A stretch of 64,000 bases of DNA, taken from Malacoraja senta (Eukaryota). Positions within the stretch are counted from its first letter, which is position 1; each line of letters opens with the position of its first letter. The stretch is taken from contig CM075989.1 of assembly GCA_038087875.1 (NCBI GenBank), positions 14,448,001 to 14,512,000 on the forward strand, given 5' to 3'. Positions 37,345 through 49,860 of this stretch are shown here, in pieces. Made by a program: the position numbers and the translations under genes. The notes under the pieces were generated by a model. The model had not been told where the DNA came from and did not search any database. It worked only from the letters and a program-made list of their open reading frames with translations.

Positions 37345-37970
37345 AGAATGTAGAACAGTGGAGCACAGGAACAGGCCCTTCAGCCCACAATGTCTACGCC
37401 AAACATGAAGCCAATTCAAACTAATCTCCTCTGCCTATCTCTGTCCTTCCATTCCCTGCATATCAATGTAGATATATCTAAAATCCTCTTAAATGCCACT
37501 ATCATATCTGCTTCCATAGCTCATTCCAGGCATCCACCTACCTCTGTGCAATAAAACTTGCCCCGCACAACTCCTTGAAACTTCCCCCCTCTCACGTTAA
37601 AGCCATTGTTCTCTAGTCTTTGTCATTTCTACTCTGGTTCTGACTGTTTACCCAATCTATGCCTCTCATAATTTTACATATTTCTTTTAGGTCTCTGCTC
37701 AACCTCCGACTCCCCAAAGTGAACAATCTAGGTTAGTCCAAACTCTCTGTATACACAATGGCATCTAATCCAGGCAGCATTCTGGTAAATCTCTTCTCCA
37801 CCCTCTTCAAAACATCCACATCCTCCCTGTAAAGGGGCAACCTAAACTGCACACAATACTCCGAATGTTTTAGAAAGCTGCCTTCTAAAACGTGACTTCC
37901 CGGCTTATACTTAATGCCCTGCCTGATGAAGGCAAACATATTTATCACTCTATCTACTTGTGTTGCCATC
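37345..37970 (-). mobile_element. CR1 3' fragment
   Basis: HSEYCVQFRLP..DVLKRVEKRFTRMLPGL plus tail. Confidence 0.82.
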
Positions 37971-38574
37971 AAATGTAATACTTTGCAATAATTGTCCCCC
38001 AGATGAACACAAAATGCAAAAGGAGCATTGTAGTTATGTTGTGTCCATACAGCAGTGGGGGTTTGCTTTGGTTTGCTTATAATTTAGTTTATTTAATTCA
38101 GAAATGAGAGCGGGATTAAGAAGGATGCAACATTTGGGAAGATGGATTAGAAGAGGAGTAACTAAAGAGAAAGCTGTCGGTAAACAAATACATCTGGTAC
38201 GTACATGGGAGTGTGCTGTAGTGATGGGAAATCAGTTAAAGCCGACATTATCAGGACACAATTCAAGAATTAAATCAAATTGTCTAAAGTGGAAAGACTT
38301 ACAGAAAGTTGAGCCATTCAGTTGGAAAAAATGAATGACGTTTTCAGTCTATGTGGAGAGTTGAGGAGAACATCAGAAGAGTTTTTGCACGAGCTTTTCA
38401 TGGAGTGGCGTATTTGATCAGGTCCACACTAACCTTCATAACATAACAAACCATCAAATCCCATCCATTGTAAACAACAGTATGTTTGGCAGATAACTTG
38501 GAGAGGCACTTGGGGAAGTACATGGATAAATGCGGATTAATGTGTCTGGTGAAGAGGGTCAAAACTGAAGGGGT

Positions 38575-38668
38575 TTGAAGAAGGGTCTTGACCCGAAATG
38601 TTGCCCATTCCTTCTCTCCAGGGATGCTGCCTGTCCAGCTGAGTTACTCCAGCATTTTGTGCCTACCG
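38575..38668 (+). mobile_element. Penelope-derived hammerhead module
   Basis: ttgaagaagggtcttgacccgaaatgttgcccattcc...gagttactccagcattttgtg. Confidence 0.8.
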
Positions 38669-39764
38669 TCAATAGGAGGTCACAATCTGGCCCACACCAC
38701 AGATTCATGGATAATTACCCTCATACAAGGTGAAGCTACCAGGGTCATTGCACACTTTGCCCAGTCGATTACTTCTCTCTCTCTCTCTCTCTCAATCTGA
38801 AATCAATAGAAAGGGCAAGGATCTCTGGAAAAATATGCAGTGGGAATAATGGAGTAAAAATAATGAAGCAAAAGAAATTCAAAGTAGTATGAGACAGTAT
38901 ATGTCATTAATCAACATTGATGACTGTGGATATTATCAATGGGTTAATTGCTTTACAATATATTCTGGTTCTAATTCTTATGATTTATCTTATTTATGGT
39001 GTTTAATACATAAATCCTCAAAGGTATTGGAATTTTATTGTAAACGTAATGAAAGATAATTAATAATAATATGATTTTGCTGCTAATCTGTATGGAACTG
39101 ATGTGTATTGGAGCATGTTGGAAATCACTCTTGGGGGATGGGGCTGTGCGTGGCATTCGGATATCGAGTGTGAAATGTCTAAAAGTACTTGAGGAGGAGG
39201 GGGCTGGAGAATGAACTTCTTAGATGTCAATCTCCTGTTCTACAATGGTGACATTAAACCTCAATAGAAATGGAGCAAGAACGTAGGATTGTGCAGGGCT
39301 GTGTTATAGCCTGTTAACTGACCGACTGGGGATCCTACAGATTTATTGAAGTCAAATACTTTCACAGGAGCTGATGTGATATTAAGGTGTACCTGAAGAG
39401 TGGACCTCCTTGTCCAATCACACGATGGGTAATGAGGAGAGAGCAGGAGCTGTATGGAATCAAGCTCAGATGAAGAAGAGGGATGACCAACCAGTCAACT
39501 CAAAAGCACATTGGGCTCAGACTACCTGAAGGACATTCACCTGCAGCGACTATCAGCCACATTGGGGATCTTTGTTGAAAGTAGTTTGTGCTCTGAAGTA
39601 GAGATTTGTGATTGCAAAGTTGTTTAAGTGATTTGTAAAAGTAATAGCATTGATTGTATCTGTAGATGGTAATACACACAAACTCAGTGGAGCCTGGAGT
39701 CAGCTGTCTAATTGTTTTAAGATAAAGAAAAATTAAGAAAAACAGTTGAGAAGGGTTCCCGTGC

Positions 39765-40670
39765 AGAATTTGTTGATTTCATTAACTTTACCATTAACTC
39801 ACTTTCTGCCCTCAAATTCACACTATCACTGACACGTCTCTCTCCCTTCCAGAGATCTATGTCTCCATCACAGGGGACGGACTATTGACTGGCATCTACT
39901 ACACACTCACTGACACCCATTGTTACCTTGGCTACACCTCCTCCCGCCTAATTACTTGCAAGAATGCCACCCCTTCCTCAATTTCTCTGTCTCGGGCACA
40001 TCTGTCCCTAAGATGAGGTTTTCTACTATAAGACATCTGAGATGACCTCTATCTTCAATAAACATGGTGTCCCTCTGCTCTTATGGATGGAACCATAACC
40101 GTATCTGCTCTGTGTCCCACAGTTTTGTGCATTCTCCCCGTGACCTGCCTGAGTTTTCTCTGCGATCTCCGGTTTCCTCCCACAGTCCAAAGAAGTACAG
40201 GTTTGTAACACATTAATTGGCTTGATATATGTGTAAATTGTCCCAAGTGTGTATAGGATAGTGTGAATGAGTGGGGATCGCTGGTCGGTGTGGACCCGGT
40301 GGGGTCACTGTACTCCACACTGTATCTCTAAACTAAACTATACTCCAGATCTCCCACTTTTCCTATCCACCACCACCCATCCACACCCTCCATCACCCAC
40401 CCCACCCCCCCACCCCACCCCTCCCCACCCCTCCCCACCCCCCACCCCCACCCCTCCCCACCCGTTCCCTTCTCCCTACCATCCCTCTCTCTGGTTTTGC
40501 ATTACACTCCCACCTTCCTTTCTTTTATTTGCACCTTGTTGTCGTCTCCACTTATCACCTGCAGCCTTTGTTATTATCTCCACACATCCTCACTGGATCA
40601 ACCTATCATGTGTCAGCTTTTTCCCCGTCCCTTCACTTCATCTGTTTCCACTTGCTCTCTCTGCAATATT
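39765..40670 (+). mobile_element. Decayed Penelope RT fragment and 3' tail, interrupted by a SINE
   Basis: ALKFT..ITDTSLPF..I..TGIYYT.TDTHCYL.YTSS, similar to the 5' part of the element at 16214-17400; C-rich tail 40345-40670. Confidence 0.65.
40125..40342 (+). mobile_element. HE1/V-SINE-like SINE, 5'-truncated
   Basis: ccggtttcctcccacagtccaaagaagtacaggtttgt...tgtatctctaaactaaacta. Confidence 0.8.
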
Positions 40671-40877
40671 TACTCTACTGTGTTTACAGTTTGCATAAAA
40701 CACTGGCCACCTTTCCTGTTGGAGATGTGTGATGAAAGTCCAGCCGCTCGTTGATGGGTGCGACTCCAACAGTATGCTTGAAGCCCAGCACCAACCACGG
40801 CCCCTCTCCTCCCGCACGCACCATCCAGACTGGCAAATGTACCATGTTCCTTCACGCACACTGTTTCTAAACCCTAG

Positions 40878-41020
40878 ATAGACACAAAATGCTGGAGTAA
40901 CTCAGCAGGACAGGTGGCATCTCTGGCGAGAAGGAATGGGTGATGTTTCGGGTCGAGACTCTTCTTCAGACTGATGTCAGAGGAGAAGAAACACATAGAC
41001 AAGGAAGTGTACGGTGCGTG
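40878..41020 (-). mobile_element. Penelope-derived hammerhead module
   Basis: Minus strand CTGAAGAAGAGTCTCGACCCGAAACATC at 40942-40969 plus downstream module. Confidence 0.82.
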
Positions 41021-41794
41021 TCTCAATCCTAGATCCCTCTACCCTGAGCCATTTCCAGAAGGTCTCCAATTGTGTTCAAGAGGGAAATCACCACCACCTT
41101 CTCAAGGGCAATTAGGGGTGGACAATAGGTTCTGGCCTTGTGAGTGATGCTCAGATCCTGAGAAATCAATTGTTAAAAACTTGGTAGAGATGAAGATTCT
41201 GTGAATCTGGTAAATAATCATTCCTATTGTAGCATTGCAACAAATATTAAGAATATTTTAAAAATATATTCTGCCCTTATGTCAATGAAGAATTTGCATC
41301 AACATAAATAAACCATTTCAGAAGCCCATCCAAGTCTGAAAAGGTTGCAGCTGCACCTTTAGACATTGCTCAGCATGAGTCTGTTCGCTGCAGTGATCAC
41401 TGGAGAGTGAACAATGTCAAAACAAAATGATATCCTGCATGGTCATCAATATAAGTCATGATTGTCAGTCGCAGGAGGATGGATATGTCAGGCAGGTAGC
41501 AAACTGCAGCGAGGAGAGGAAGCCGCCAGATTGCTCCTCAGCCTGTGATGGTCCTTTCTTCAGGAATAAACAGTACGTGTTTGCAGGGCAGGTTGAGGTA
41601 TGTGCACAAGAGAGAGCGGACTGAAAATCAGAACTGTCCATCAGGAGTGAAGTTAGAAAAAACTTCTTCACACAAAGGTTGGGAGATGTGCAAAACCGTA
41701 TCTGGAGAAAAACAGGGACGCTGATTACAGTACCCATCTAAAATCTTAGATTTAAATCAGATTTTCAATCTGCAGAAGGGTCTCCAAACCTTAA

Positions 41795-42360
41795 CATTCT
41801 TCCTGTAATAGGGCAACCAGAACTGCCCACATATTCCACATGCAAACTAATTAAAGTCCTATAAAACCGCAACAAGACTTACTGAGCCTTATACTTAATA
41901 CCCCGACTGATAATACACCTGCTTTTCCACTCTATCTGCATGTGTTGCCATTTCAGGGAGCTATGGACTTGGACACTAAAGTCTCTCTCTACATCAATGC
42001 TGTTGTAGGTCTCACCTTTAACTGCATACTTTCCCCTTACATTTGACTTCCCAATGTGTAACAACTCATGCTTGGATTAAACTCCATCTGCCAATTGATC
42101 TAAATCCCAATGTATCCTTTGACAGCCTTCCTCACTGTTAGCAACACCACCAATGTTGGTATTGTCTGCAGACTTACTAACCGAAGCCTCTCCATGTTCT
42201 ATGGGTAATCCAGTTCTGAATCCAAACTACCAAGTCACAGTGAATTCTCTTAATCCTCTTGATTAGTTTACCATGGGGGACTTTATTAAATGTCTTATCA
42301 AAGTAGACAACATCCACTGCTCTCCTCTCATGATCATCCTTGTCAATTCCTCCAAAAACC
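41795..42360 (-). mobile_element. CR1 RT fragment, decayed
   Basis: Minus strand SKSADNTNIGG (degenerate FADDTKIGG), LHIGKSN, ERDFSVQVHSSLK. Confidence 0.75.
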
Positions 42361-43450
42361 TGTTGTGGCCAAAGCCATACTGACCGCTCTCGTGATGGTG
42401 GATGTCAGTGACACTGGATGGTCATCATTAAGGCAACCATACCTATTTTGCTTTGACACTGGGATAACAGTGGCCTTCTTAAAGCAGGTGCAAACTACAG
42501 GGAGTAGCTAAGGAGTCAATGAAAGCTGCTGCTAGCTGGTTAATGCAAGGACTGAGGACATGGCCGGGTACTCTATCGGGCTCTCTCTCCATCCAGTTTT
42601 ATGAAGATTCACTCTCGGGGAGGCTGATCTGTCTCTGCAACAGTGACCCTGGGTACAGGCGTACTCAAGGCTATCGAGCAGATAATGGCTTTGCACCGAC
42701 CTTGTGTTCGGAGCGAGCATAGAATACATTGAGCTCACTGGGGAGGGACGTGTAGTTGCCAGCAATGCTATTCCACTTCACTTTGTAACCCATTACAGCG
42801 TACAAGCCTTGCCACAATCACTGGATGTTCTTGAGGTTATCCGGGGATCGCTGGCTTGCTCGGGAATTTTTTCTTGGCATCCCTGCTCTCTTTGTGAAGG
42901 TTGTCTCTAGATTTCCTGTACAGGGTAGGATCATCCAACTTGGACGCTACGGATTTGGACCTCTCCCTGGGAATGGACTGGTTGGGAAACACTTGGATGG
43001 ATTTCTTTGGAATGCAGTCCTCCACATGTCTACTGATGGTGACACCAGTTACATACTCATTTCTGTTGGCCACAGAATCCTTGAATATGGACCAGATGAC
43101 CATCTCAAAGCAGTGACGAAGGGTCTCATCTCTTTCTCAAACCAGCACTGTACAACTTTCAGATCCTCCCGCTTCAATTTCTGCTTGTAGTGGAACTGGG
43201 AGCAAGAGCATTGCCTGATGGTCAGATTTTCCAAAATGCGGGTGGGGAATGGAGCAGTAGGGGGCTGTGTATCAGTGGTCGAGACCGTTCGAGCCTCTGG
43301 TGAGACTGGAGACACACTGATAGCATTTTGCTCGCACACTCTTGAGGTTGGCTTGGTTGAAATCCCGGCTACAATGAACAAGGCCTCGGGTTACTAGATT
43401 TCAAGGCCATTGGTAGCGTTGAATAGTTTATCCAGTGCAAGCTCCACTTC
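42360..43450 (-). mobile_element. Rex1/Babar-like LINE endonuclease-to-RT fragment, decayed
   Basis: WSIFKDSVANRNEYVT..VEDCIPKKSIQVFPNQ; YKQKLKRE. Confidence 0.75.
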
Positions 43451-44148
43451 TTTAGTCTACTGTTAGCAGTTTGTAGCGAAATAGGTGTCGGTATGCATAA
43501 ATAATCCATGTTCATGCCGGATCGTTGTCCTAGAAGCAGTTTACGCTTTTTAAGGACACGACCGCCTAATTTACTTAATACATTTTATTTTCTCAACTTT
43601 AGCAATCTTTTCATAGTATTCAAAATGCAAAAAATTGAAAAATCTAGATTTTGTATTTGTAGAGGGTGCCAGTACGCTGTACTGGAAAAATATAGCACAG
43701 AATATCCCAAGTGAATTCCCGCAGCAGAGACTAGCAACGGCACTTCACCATTAATTGCTCCAGGACCAGGGAACAGGATCTCACCAGGACCACCAAGAGC
43801 AACATTGCAAGTTGTAGATTAGGGAGTAGACCCCTCCATCTCTGATCTTGCCCAGGGATGGGATGGAGTCTATTAAACCCTCATTTCATGCTTTTCACAG
43901 GAAAGTAAATAAGGTAAAGAGATTTGCCATTGTGAGCGAGTGGACAGAAGCCTGGTGTTATTATGCTTTTATCTAAAAGGTTCTTTTGTAATTGAAGAAT
44001 TGCAACAGGAACGGCTGTGATTTTGCCAGTTAACACCTGGGCTTGTATTTGACCTACTGCTCCTGTACAGATACCACAAAATTAGCAGATTGCTAGTGTT
44101 TTGTGACTGTCACCTCATGTTTACAATAACCAGTGACAGACTATTACT

Positions 44149-44164
44149 GGTTGCCAAGGCAACC
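44149..44164. promoter_or_regulatory. Candidate RFX X-box
   Basis: ggttgcc-aa-ggcaacc, perfect 7-bp inverted half-sites in repeat-free DNA. Confidence 0.4.
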
Positions 44165-44899
44165 TGGCGCTCAGAAGCACAGCCAGGAGCTCAGGATACA
44201 TGGCATGACTGCTGAGTAGTCTCTGCTAAAGTGAAACGGGTCCCAGTCCCGAATTAGAAATTATTTAGAGTGCGCGAGGTAGCAAAACCAGGTCTAACTC
44301 TGGACCATATTCTTACCATGTATAGAGAATGAAGTCCAATTGCTGCAGCCATGTTTTCCAGGTCTATCTCCAGTGATCACACGTGTAAGTGAAATGCCTG
44401 AGTAGTCAATACTTTCCACACACTCCTGCGTGAAAGGCAGCAGAAGTCATGATCAGATGGGGCACTGTCTAACGCCAGCATATGAAGCTAGTGTGTAAAT
44501 GTGATTCTGTTTGCGTGCACTTTGCTCCAGGAGCGATGCAGACCACAGTACACTCTTCAATCAGGGAAATGAGCGGGACTAAATACTCAGGCCACTCTCC
44601 TACTCTCAACATCCCCTCAATACTTTAATGTTCAAACATCTGACACTCTCCACTTCGAGTAATTCAAGACTGACCTCCAGAAAATTCAACACATTTACCA
44701 TTCTCTGAGAGGAGATAATAAGGTCCATTCCTTACTTTGAGACTTCAGTCACCTCGTTCTGCAATGCGCATTGTAGGGAAATTATTCTGCCCACATTTTC
44801 CCTCCAAGCTTTTTCCGTGTTTCAATGAGGGTGGAAGGGCCCTTTCCTGTGTAGTGCATTGCTGTGATACATTTCCGAATCTTATTCATTCCAGGAATT

Positions 44900-45400
44900 C
44901 ATCCTCCATATTGCTGGCACTAACTTAATTTCCCCCGTCTAGAAGTAAATTTAAACTCCTGCCTGGTTTTAGTCGTAGTTCTCCTTTGCATACTTTTTGA
45001 ATCTCCCTATTTTTACCTTGCTTACATCACCACTGCTGCTCAGAGGCCTGGAAACAACTCCCACTAATGTTGCACCCACTGGCACTTCTTAGCTCCACCC
45101 AGGTGGATGAAAATACAATGCTATGATTGTTTGTAATTACGGTACGGATGTCATCCCTTCCTAACAATGCTATACCACCTCCTTCTTGTTTTAGCTTGTC
45201 CTTCCTCAATGCTGAATGCCCCAGAATAGTTAGCTCCCTTCTTAGATTACCCTGCAGTCATGGGAATTAGGTCATGTCCATTTATAGTTATCTCGCTGTT
45301 GTTTTATCCTGTTCAGAGCAAATCCCGCGTATATTTAGATACCATGCCGAACAATATTCTCCCTTCTCTCACAATGCTTGCTGCTTGCCTGTGGTCCCAC
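44900..45400 (-). mobile_element. CR1 APE endonuclease fragment, decayed
   Basis: RKDKLKQEGGGIALLGRDDI..WVELRS. Confidence 0.7.
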
Positions 45401-46085
45401 TGTCGTCTGTTAACTTATCGTTCTTCAGCTGTGATGAGGGGGAGATGGGGCCAGTGTAGGGTCAGGTGTGGTGGAGAGCACATTAAGCCAGTGCTTTCCC
45501 CAGCCTCCGGTAACCACAGGGCTTACACACACTGATCAACTCAAAGAACAATGTTCAACTGGCCCAGCAAGCAAGGAAAGACCTTATGATATTTTCTGGT
45601 TCTCAAGGAAATGCATGCAAAGATTTGGATGCAGGGTTAATTTCTACATGGCCATGATCAGTTGGGTACAGCACTCTCACAGATCGGCAGTCCCATCTCC
45701 ATCTTCTGTAGCTTCACCAAGGCCAATCTCTTTATTATTTCCTGCACTGATGGTACTATTTACACCCTAGGCCCAGTCTCCTGCTTCAACAGCAGGTAGA
45801 TCTATAATTGACAACCGGTGCACACACAGTTTCAGGCACTCTGCAAACTCCAGTGGAGACCTGAAGAAGATGAAAAGACTGCAGAAAGCTGAGTAGTGCA
45901 CTTTATTGTAGAGATTCAGCGTGCAGCTGAATTCATAAGCTCTCAGGCATTTACACCAGAGCTTTGCTAATGAGATGCCGGTTGTGAGTGATAGGGCTGG
46001 GTGGTGTTTTGCACAAGCAGAGCATATGGATAAAGATAGGAGGTGAAAGAAGAGGGAGGAATGACAGCCAGTGCATTTTAATCCA

Positions 46086-46226
46086 GTTCGGTCTGAAGAA
46101 AGGTCTCGACCCGAAACGTCACCCATTCCTTCTCTCCAGAGATGCTGCTGCCTGTCCCGCTGAGTTACTCCAGCATTTTGTGTCTATCTTCGGCTTAAAT
46201 CAGCATTTGCAGTTCCTTCATACACA
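46086..46226 (+). mobile_element. Stand-alone Penelope-derived hammerhead module
   Basis: Complete module; possible decayed TSD cattttaatcca (46074-46085) / catttggatcca (46227-46238). Confidence 0.85.
46093..46120 (+). ncRNA. Minimal hammerhead ribozyme motif (core intact)
   Basis: CUGAAGA-A-AGGUC-UC-GACCC-GAAA-CGUC with GUC cleavage triplet; one stem II mismatch. Confidence 0.62.
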
Positions 46227-47204
46227 CATTTGGATCCATGTGGAGGGGCGGAGCGGGTGGCTGCAGATGGTTAGGTAAGTGAGAAGAGATTTAACCAAAC
46301 ACACAGTGCTGGAAGAACCCAAGGGGTCAGGCAACATTACAGGCCAGGACCCTTCTTCGGACTGATCAGTCCCAACCTGATATGGCCCTTTCCTTTCTCT
46401 CCACAGATGCTGCCTGATCCACTGAGTCACTCCAGTAATTTGTACTTTGTTGAAGATTCGAGTATCTGCATCTCCTTCTGTCTCCAGGGCTCTCATTTAT
46501 TCACACTCTTCCTGGAAATGGGTCATTTTGAGGAATCAAGTTTGTTGAAAAAGAAACTAAGATTGATTTGCTTACATCATATTCTGTGAATCCCCATGCT
46601 GCCTATTATAACATATGCGTAGGTTGCACTCGTTAGAATCCTAAAGAAGTATTGGTCTCCTGAGTGAATGTGCTGACAGTACAATGTGCCTCCTTCCCTC
46701 TCCCTGTGGGATACATTAGTGTGGTGGGGCAGTGTTGGAATCACCTGGAAGAAGCCTACAATTCATCAGGAATAGTGTTATGGCTTGTGGTCTTTTCATT
46801 GTGTGAAGGATGTGAGGGATGTGATAACAGGAGGAGGAGGCAGTGTGGAGATGATGCAGAAGAGAAGGTGGTGGAGAGATTGGTGCTGCAGTAATGCTTG
46901 GAGAAAGTGGGGGCAGGCAGTGTGTGGATAATGGCTGAGGCAGCTGATGCTAGGGGGACATTGTCATGTCTTGGCCGTTTTGATAAGGTCTTTCATCTGT
47001 TTCTGTCCACATGCCCTAAGCTAAGCTCTAGGCATTGGTCTCTAGTGTGCTGGCTTCCCACTGGCAGATGAGCTGAGGAGTCGTAGAGACTCCCCACACC
47101 CCTCACACTGAGATCTTCCTATTCCCGGCCAATCTCTTCTGTATTTCCTACACTAACGGTGCTTTTTGTTATGTTAGGTTGCACCTTGGGCCCAATAGCG
47201 TAAG

Positions 47205-47520
47205 GGTCAGCACAGTGGTGCAACTAGTAGAGCAGCTGCCTCATCATGCCAGCAACCCAGGTTCAATCCTGACCTCGGGAGCTGTCTGTGTGGAGTTTGC
47301 ACGCTCTACCTGTGACCGCGTGGGTTTCCTCTGGGTGCTCCAGCTTTCCCCCACATCCCAAAGACATGCGGGTTTATAGTGTTAATTGGCCTATGTAAAT
47401 TGCCCCTTTCATGTAGGTGAGTGTTACAATCTCGAGGGTAACAACATTGATAACAATGTGGAATCATTAAAGTTGGAGTAGATTACTATGGGAGTGGGTA
47501 ATTGTTGGTCTGTATGGACT
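47205..47520 (+). mobile_element. HE1/V-SINE-like tRNA SINE
   Basis: agtggtgcaactagtagagc...ggttcaatcctgacctcggg..tgtgtggagtttgcacg. Confidence 0.85.
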
Positions 47521-47872
47521 CGTCCTCCCACCACCGCCATCACCCTGTTCCTTTTCCCTCCTCCTTCCCCTCATCTCTCACCCTTACGTCCCCTGATTCC
47601 CCCATTTCCTTTTACACTCCTTTTACTCCTCCCTCTGTCTCTTTCCATCCAGCTTTTCATTTTACTCTTCCTCTCCCTTCCGTATCTGACACCATTTTGT
47701 CTACTTTCATCTCTAGCTTTTGTCACTATCTCCACCCATCTCAATCACCCCCCCCCCCTCACCTGGACCCACCTATCATTTGTTAGGCTTTGCCTCACCC
47801 CTTCCTCTCCTAACGAGCGATCTCCCCCTTACTCCATCAGTCCGAAGAAGAGTCCCAACCCGAAACATTGTT
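47520..47872 (+). mobile_element. Penelope 3' tail ending in a decayed hammerhead
   Basis: Pyrimidine-rich tail, then cagtccgaagaagagtcccaacccgaaacat. Confidence 0.7.
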
Positions 47873-48078
47873 GTCATAAGTTCATAAATTATAGGAGCAG
47901 AATTAGGCCATTCGGCCCATCAAGTCTACTTTGCCATTCAATCTTGGCTGATCTATCTTTCCCTCTCAACCCCATTCTCCTGCCTTTTCCCCATAACGCC
48001 ATTACTAATCAAGAATCTGTCAATCTCCAACTTAAAAATAACCATTGACTTGGCCTCCACAGCCGTCTGTGGCAATGA
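47873..48078 (-). mobile_element. CR1 3' tail
   Basis: ataggagcagaattaggccattcggcccatc... Confidence 0.8.
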
Positions 48079-48329
48079 CTAGATTAAACACTATTTGTCA
48101 CATCTCCAGACACATTTCCAAATGATCTATACCGTGCTGTATACTTTGACAACCTTTCTCACTCTCCACATCTCCACCAATGTTGGTGTCATCTGCAAAC
48201 TGACAATGTTGTTTCAGGAGGCAGTTCAAAATCACCCTTGTTACAAGGGGCCTGAAATCATCAGATCACACAAAACAACAATGAGAAAGTTCTTGTTCAC
48301 CATTGCTGATACAGACTTCTTCCAGAATA

Positions 48330-48785
48330 CATGTCCGAGACACTACATCTTGAAAATATTAGACTTGCCTTGGCAGTAAAACCAGATCATTTTTCCAAGA
48401 CATGGACATCCTTCACCGAATTCTTACAAGAATAGTATGGCTCAACACAACTTTGGATTTAAATCCAACTATGGGTTGGGTGAGGTGGGTGGGGAGGGAC
48501 AAGAGGCAGGTATATCAACACTTTTTTCTCTCTTTTTTCTTTTTGTTCTTTTTTTTTCCTTTTCTTTCTTTCTTTCTTTGGCTCCCCTACTTTGGTGGTC
48601 TAGGGGTCCTATCTTTGCACCTCTCACTTTTTCTCTCTCTTGTTCTTTCTCTTTTCTTTTCCTCTGTTTTAAAGTTCAAAAGTTAAAATTGAAGCTGTAC
48701 ATTAACTGTATCATTTTATATGCCGATGGTTCTACTCTTGCACATTTGCTTCTAATAAATAAAAATAATAAATAAATTAAAAAAT
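48330..48785 (+). mobile_element. Short 5'-truncated L1 with A-rich tail and 15-bp TSD
   Basis: MSETLHLENIRLALAVKPDHFSKTWTSFTEFLQE* aligns with the last residues of the L1 ORF2 at 22294; TSD acttcttccagaata at 48315-48329 and 48786-48800. Confidence 0.9.
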
Positions 48786-48962
48786 ACTTCTTCCAGAATA
48801 TATAACAAACTACAGTAGATTAATATTTCCCAACTCAAGCTTCTGGATCATTAGTTCAGGCCCTTGGAGAATCCAAGATATTATTTTAATTAATTATCGG
48901 TTAATTGGCCAATGTAATTCCTCCTAAGTGTAGGCAAGCAGAAAAAAGAACTCGGGAAAATG

Positions 48963-49095
48963 ATAGACAATAGGAACTGCAGGTGCTGGAATCTTATGCA
49001 GAGCACAAAGTGCTGGAGTAACTCAGCAGGTCAGGCAGTATCTCTGGAGGACATGGATAGGTGACGTTGCAGGTCGGGATCCTTCTTCAGACTCA
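48963..49095 (-). mobile_element. Penelope-derived hammerhead module, decayed
   Basis: gtgacgttgcaggtcgggatccttcttcagact plus module. Confidence 0.75.
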
Positions 49096-49738
49096 GATTG
49101 GGGAATTGACGGTCATTTGAGAGATAATAAGTTGCAGAACTCCAGCGAAATCAGGAGCGGGGGATTTGGGATGGATCGGATCGCTTCCCTCGGGGCCAGC
49201 ATTAACCTGATGGGCTGAATGGCTTCCTTCTGTATTATAATTAGCAAGGTATAAGTTTAACACCAAGTAGGTTATTCAATTGAAGATGTTTATTCCAAAG
49301 GATTTTAAAGAACAATCAGAAATTAGTTGCCAAGGATACAACTAAGGGCCAAATACAGGCTGGCGAGACTAGTGTAGATGAGGCATCTTAGTCAGCATGG
49401 GGAAGTTGGGCTGAAGGGCCAGTTTCTGTACTCTGCGCATCCCTCGGGACAGCCCCCACACTCCCACGGCCACCCTCCGCGGGCAGTGGGTCGGGTGGAG
49501 CGGAGGTGTGGGACAATGTTCATCCCTCCACAGTGATGTGCTGGACGCGGGGGTCTGGACCAATCGCTGACAAGTCCCACCCCCCGGCAACGTCATGTCC
49601 GTTATTGGACTTTTCTGTTGAGCGGCAGTCAGTTCGTTGGCTTGTAGGCGACGCCACCTTTCGGGTAGGTGGCGTTTCAACAGAGTGACCATCCGGTGAG
49701 TTTGCTTTTAGGCGACGCATCTTTTCGGTTAGTTGGAT

Positions 49739-49860
49739 TTTAGGCGTCCCGCCCTTACAGTTAGTTTACATTTAGGCGTCCCGCCCTTACAGTTAGTTTA
49801 CATTTAGGCGTCCCGCCCTTACAGTTAGTTTACATTTAGGCGTCCCGCCCTTACAGTTAG
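49739..49860. repeat. 32-bp tandem repeat, 3.8 identical copies, each with a GC box
   Basis: tttaggcgtcccgcccttacagttagtttaca starting at 49739, 49771, 49803, 49835. Confidence 0.95.

Noticed and set aside
47488..48048. 186-aa Pro/Leu-rich ORF
   Set aside because: Runs through SINE, pyrimidine-rich Penelope tail and antisense CR1
49640..49700. Hammerhead on minus strand (GAAAC-stem-GUC)
   Set aside because: Helix III-like part is present, but there is no CUGAnGA box or stem II at the required position
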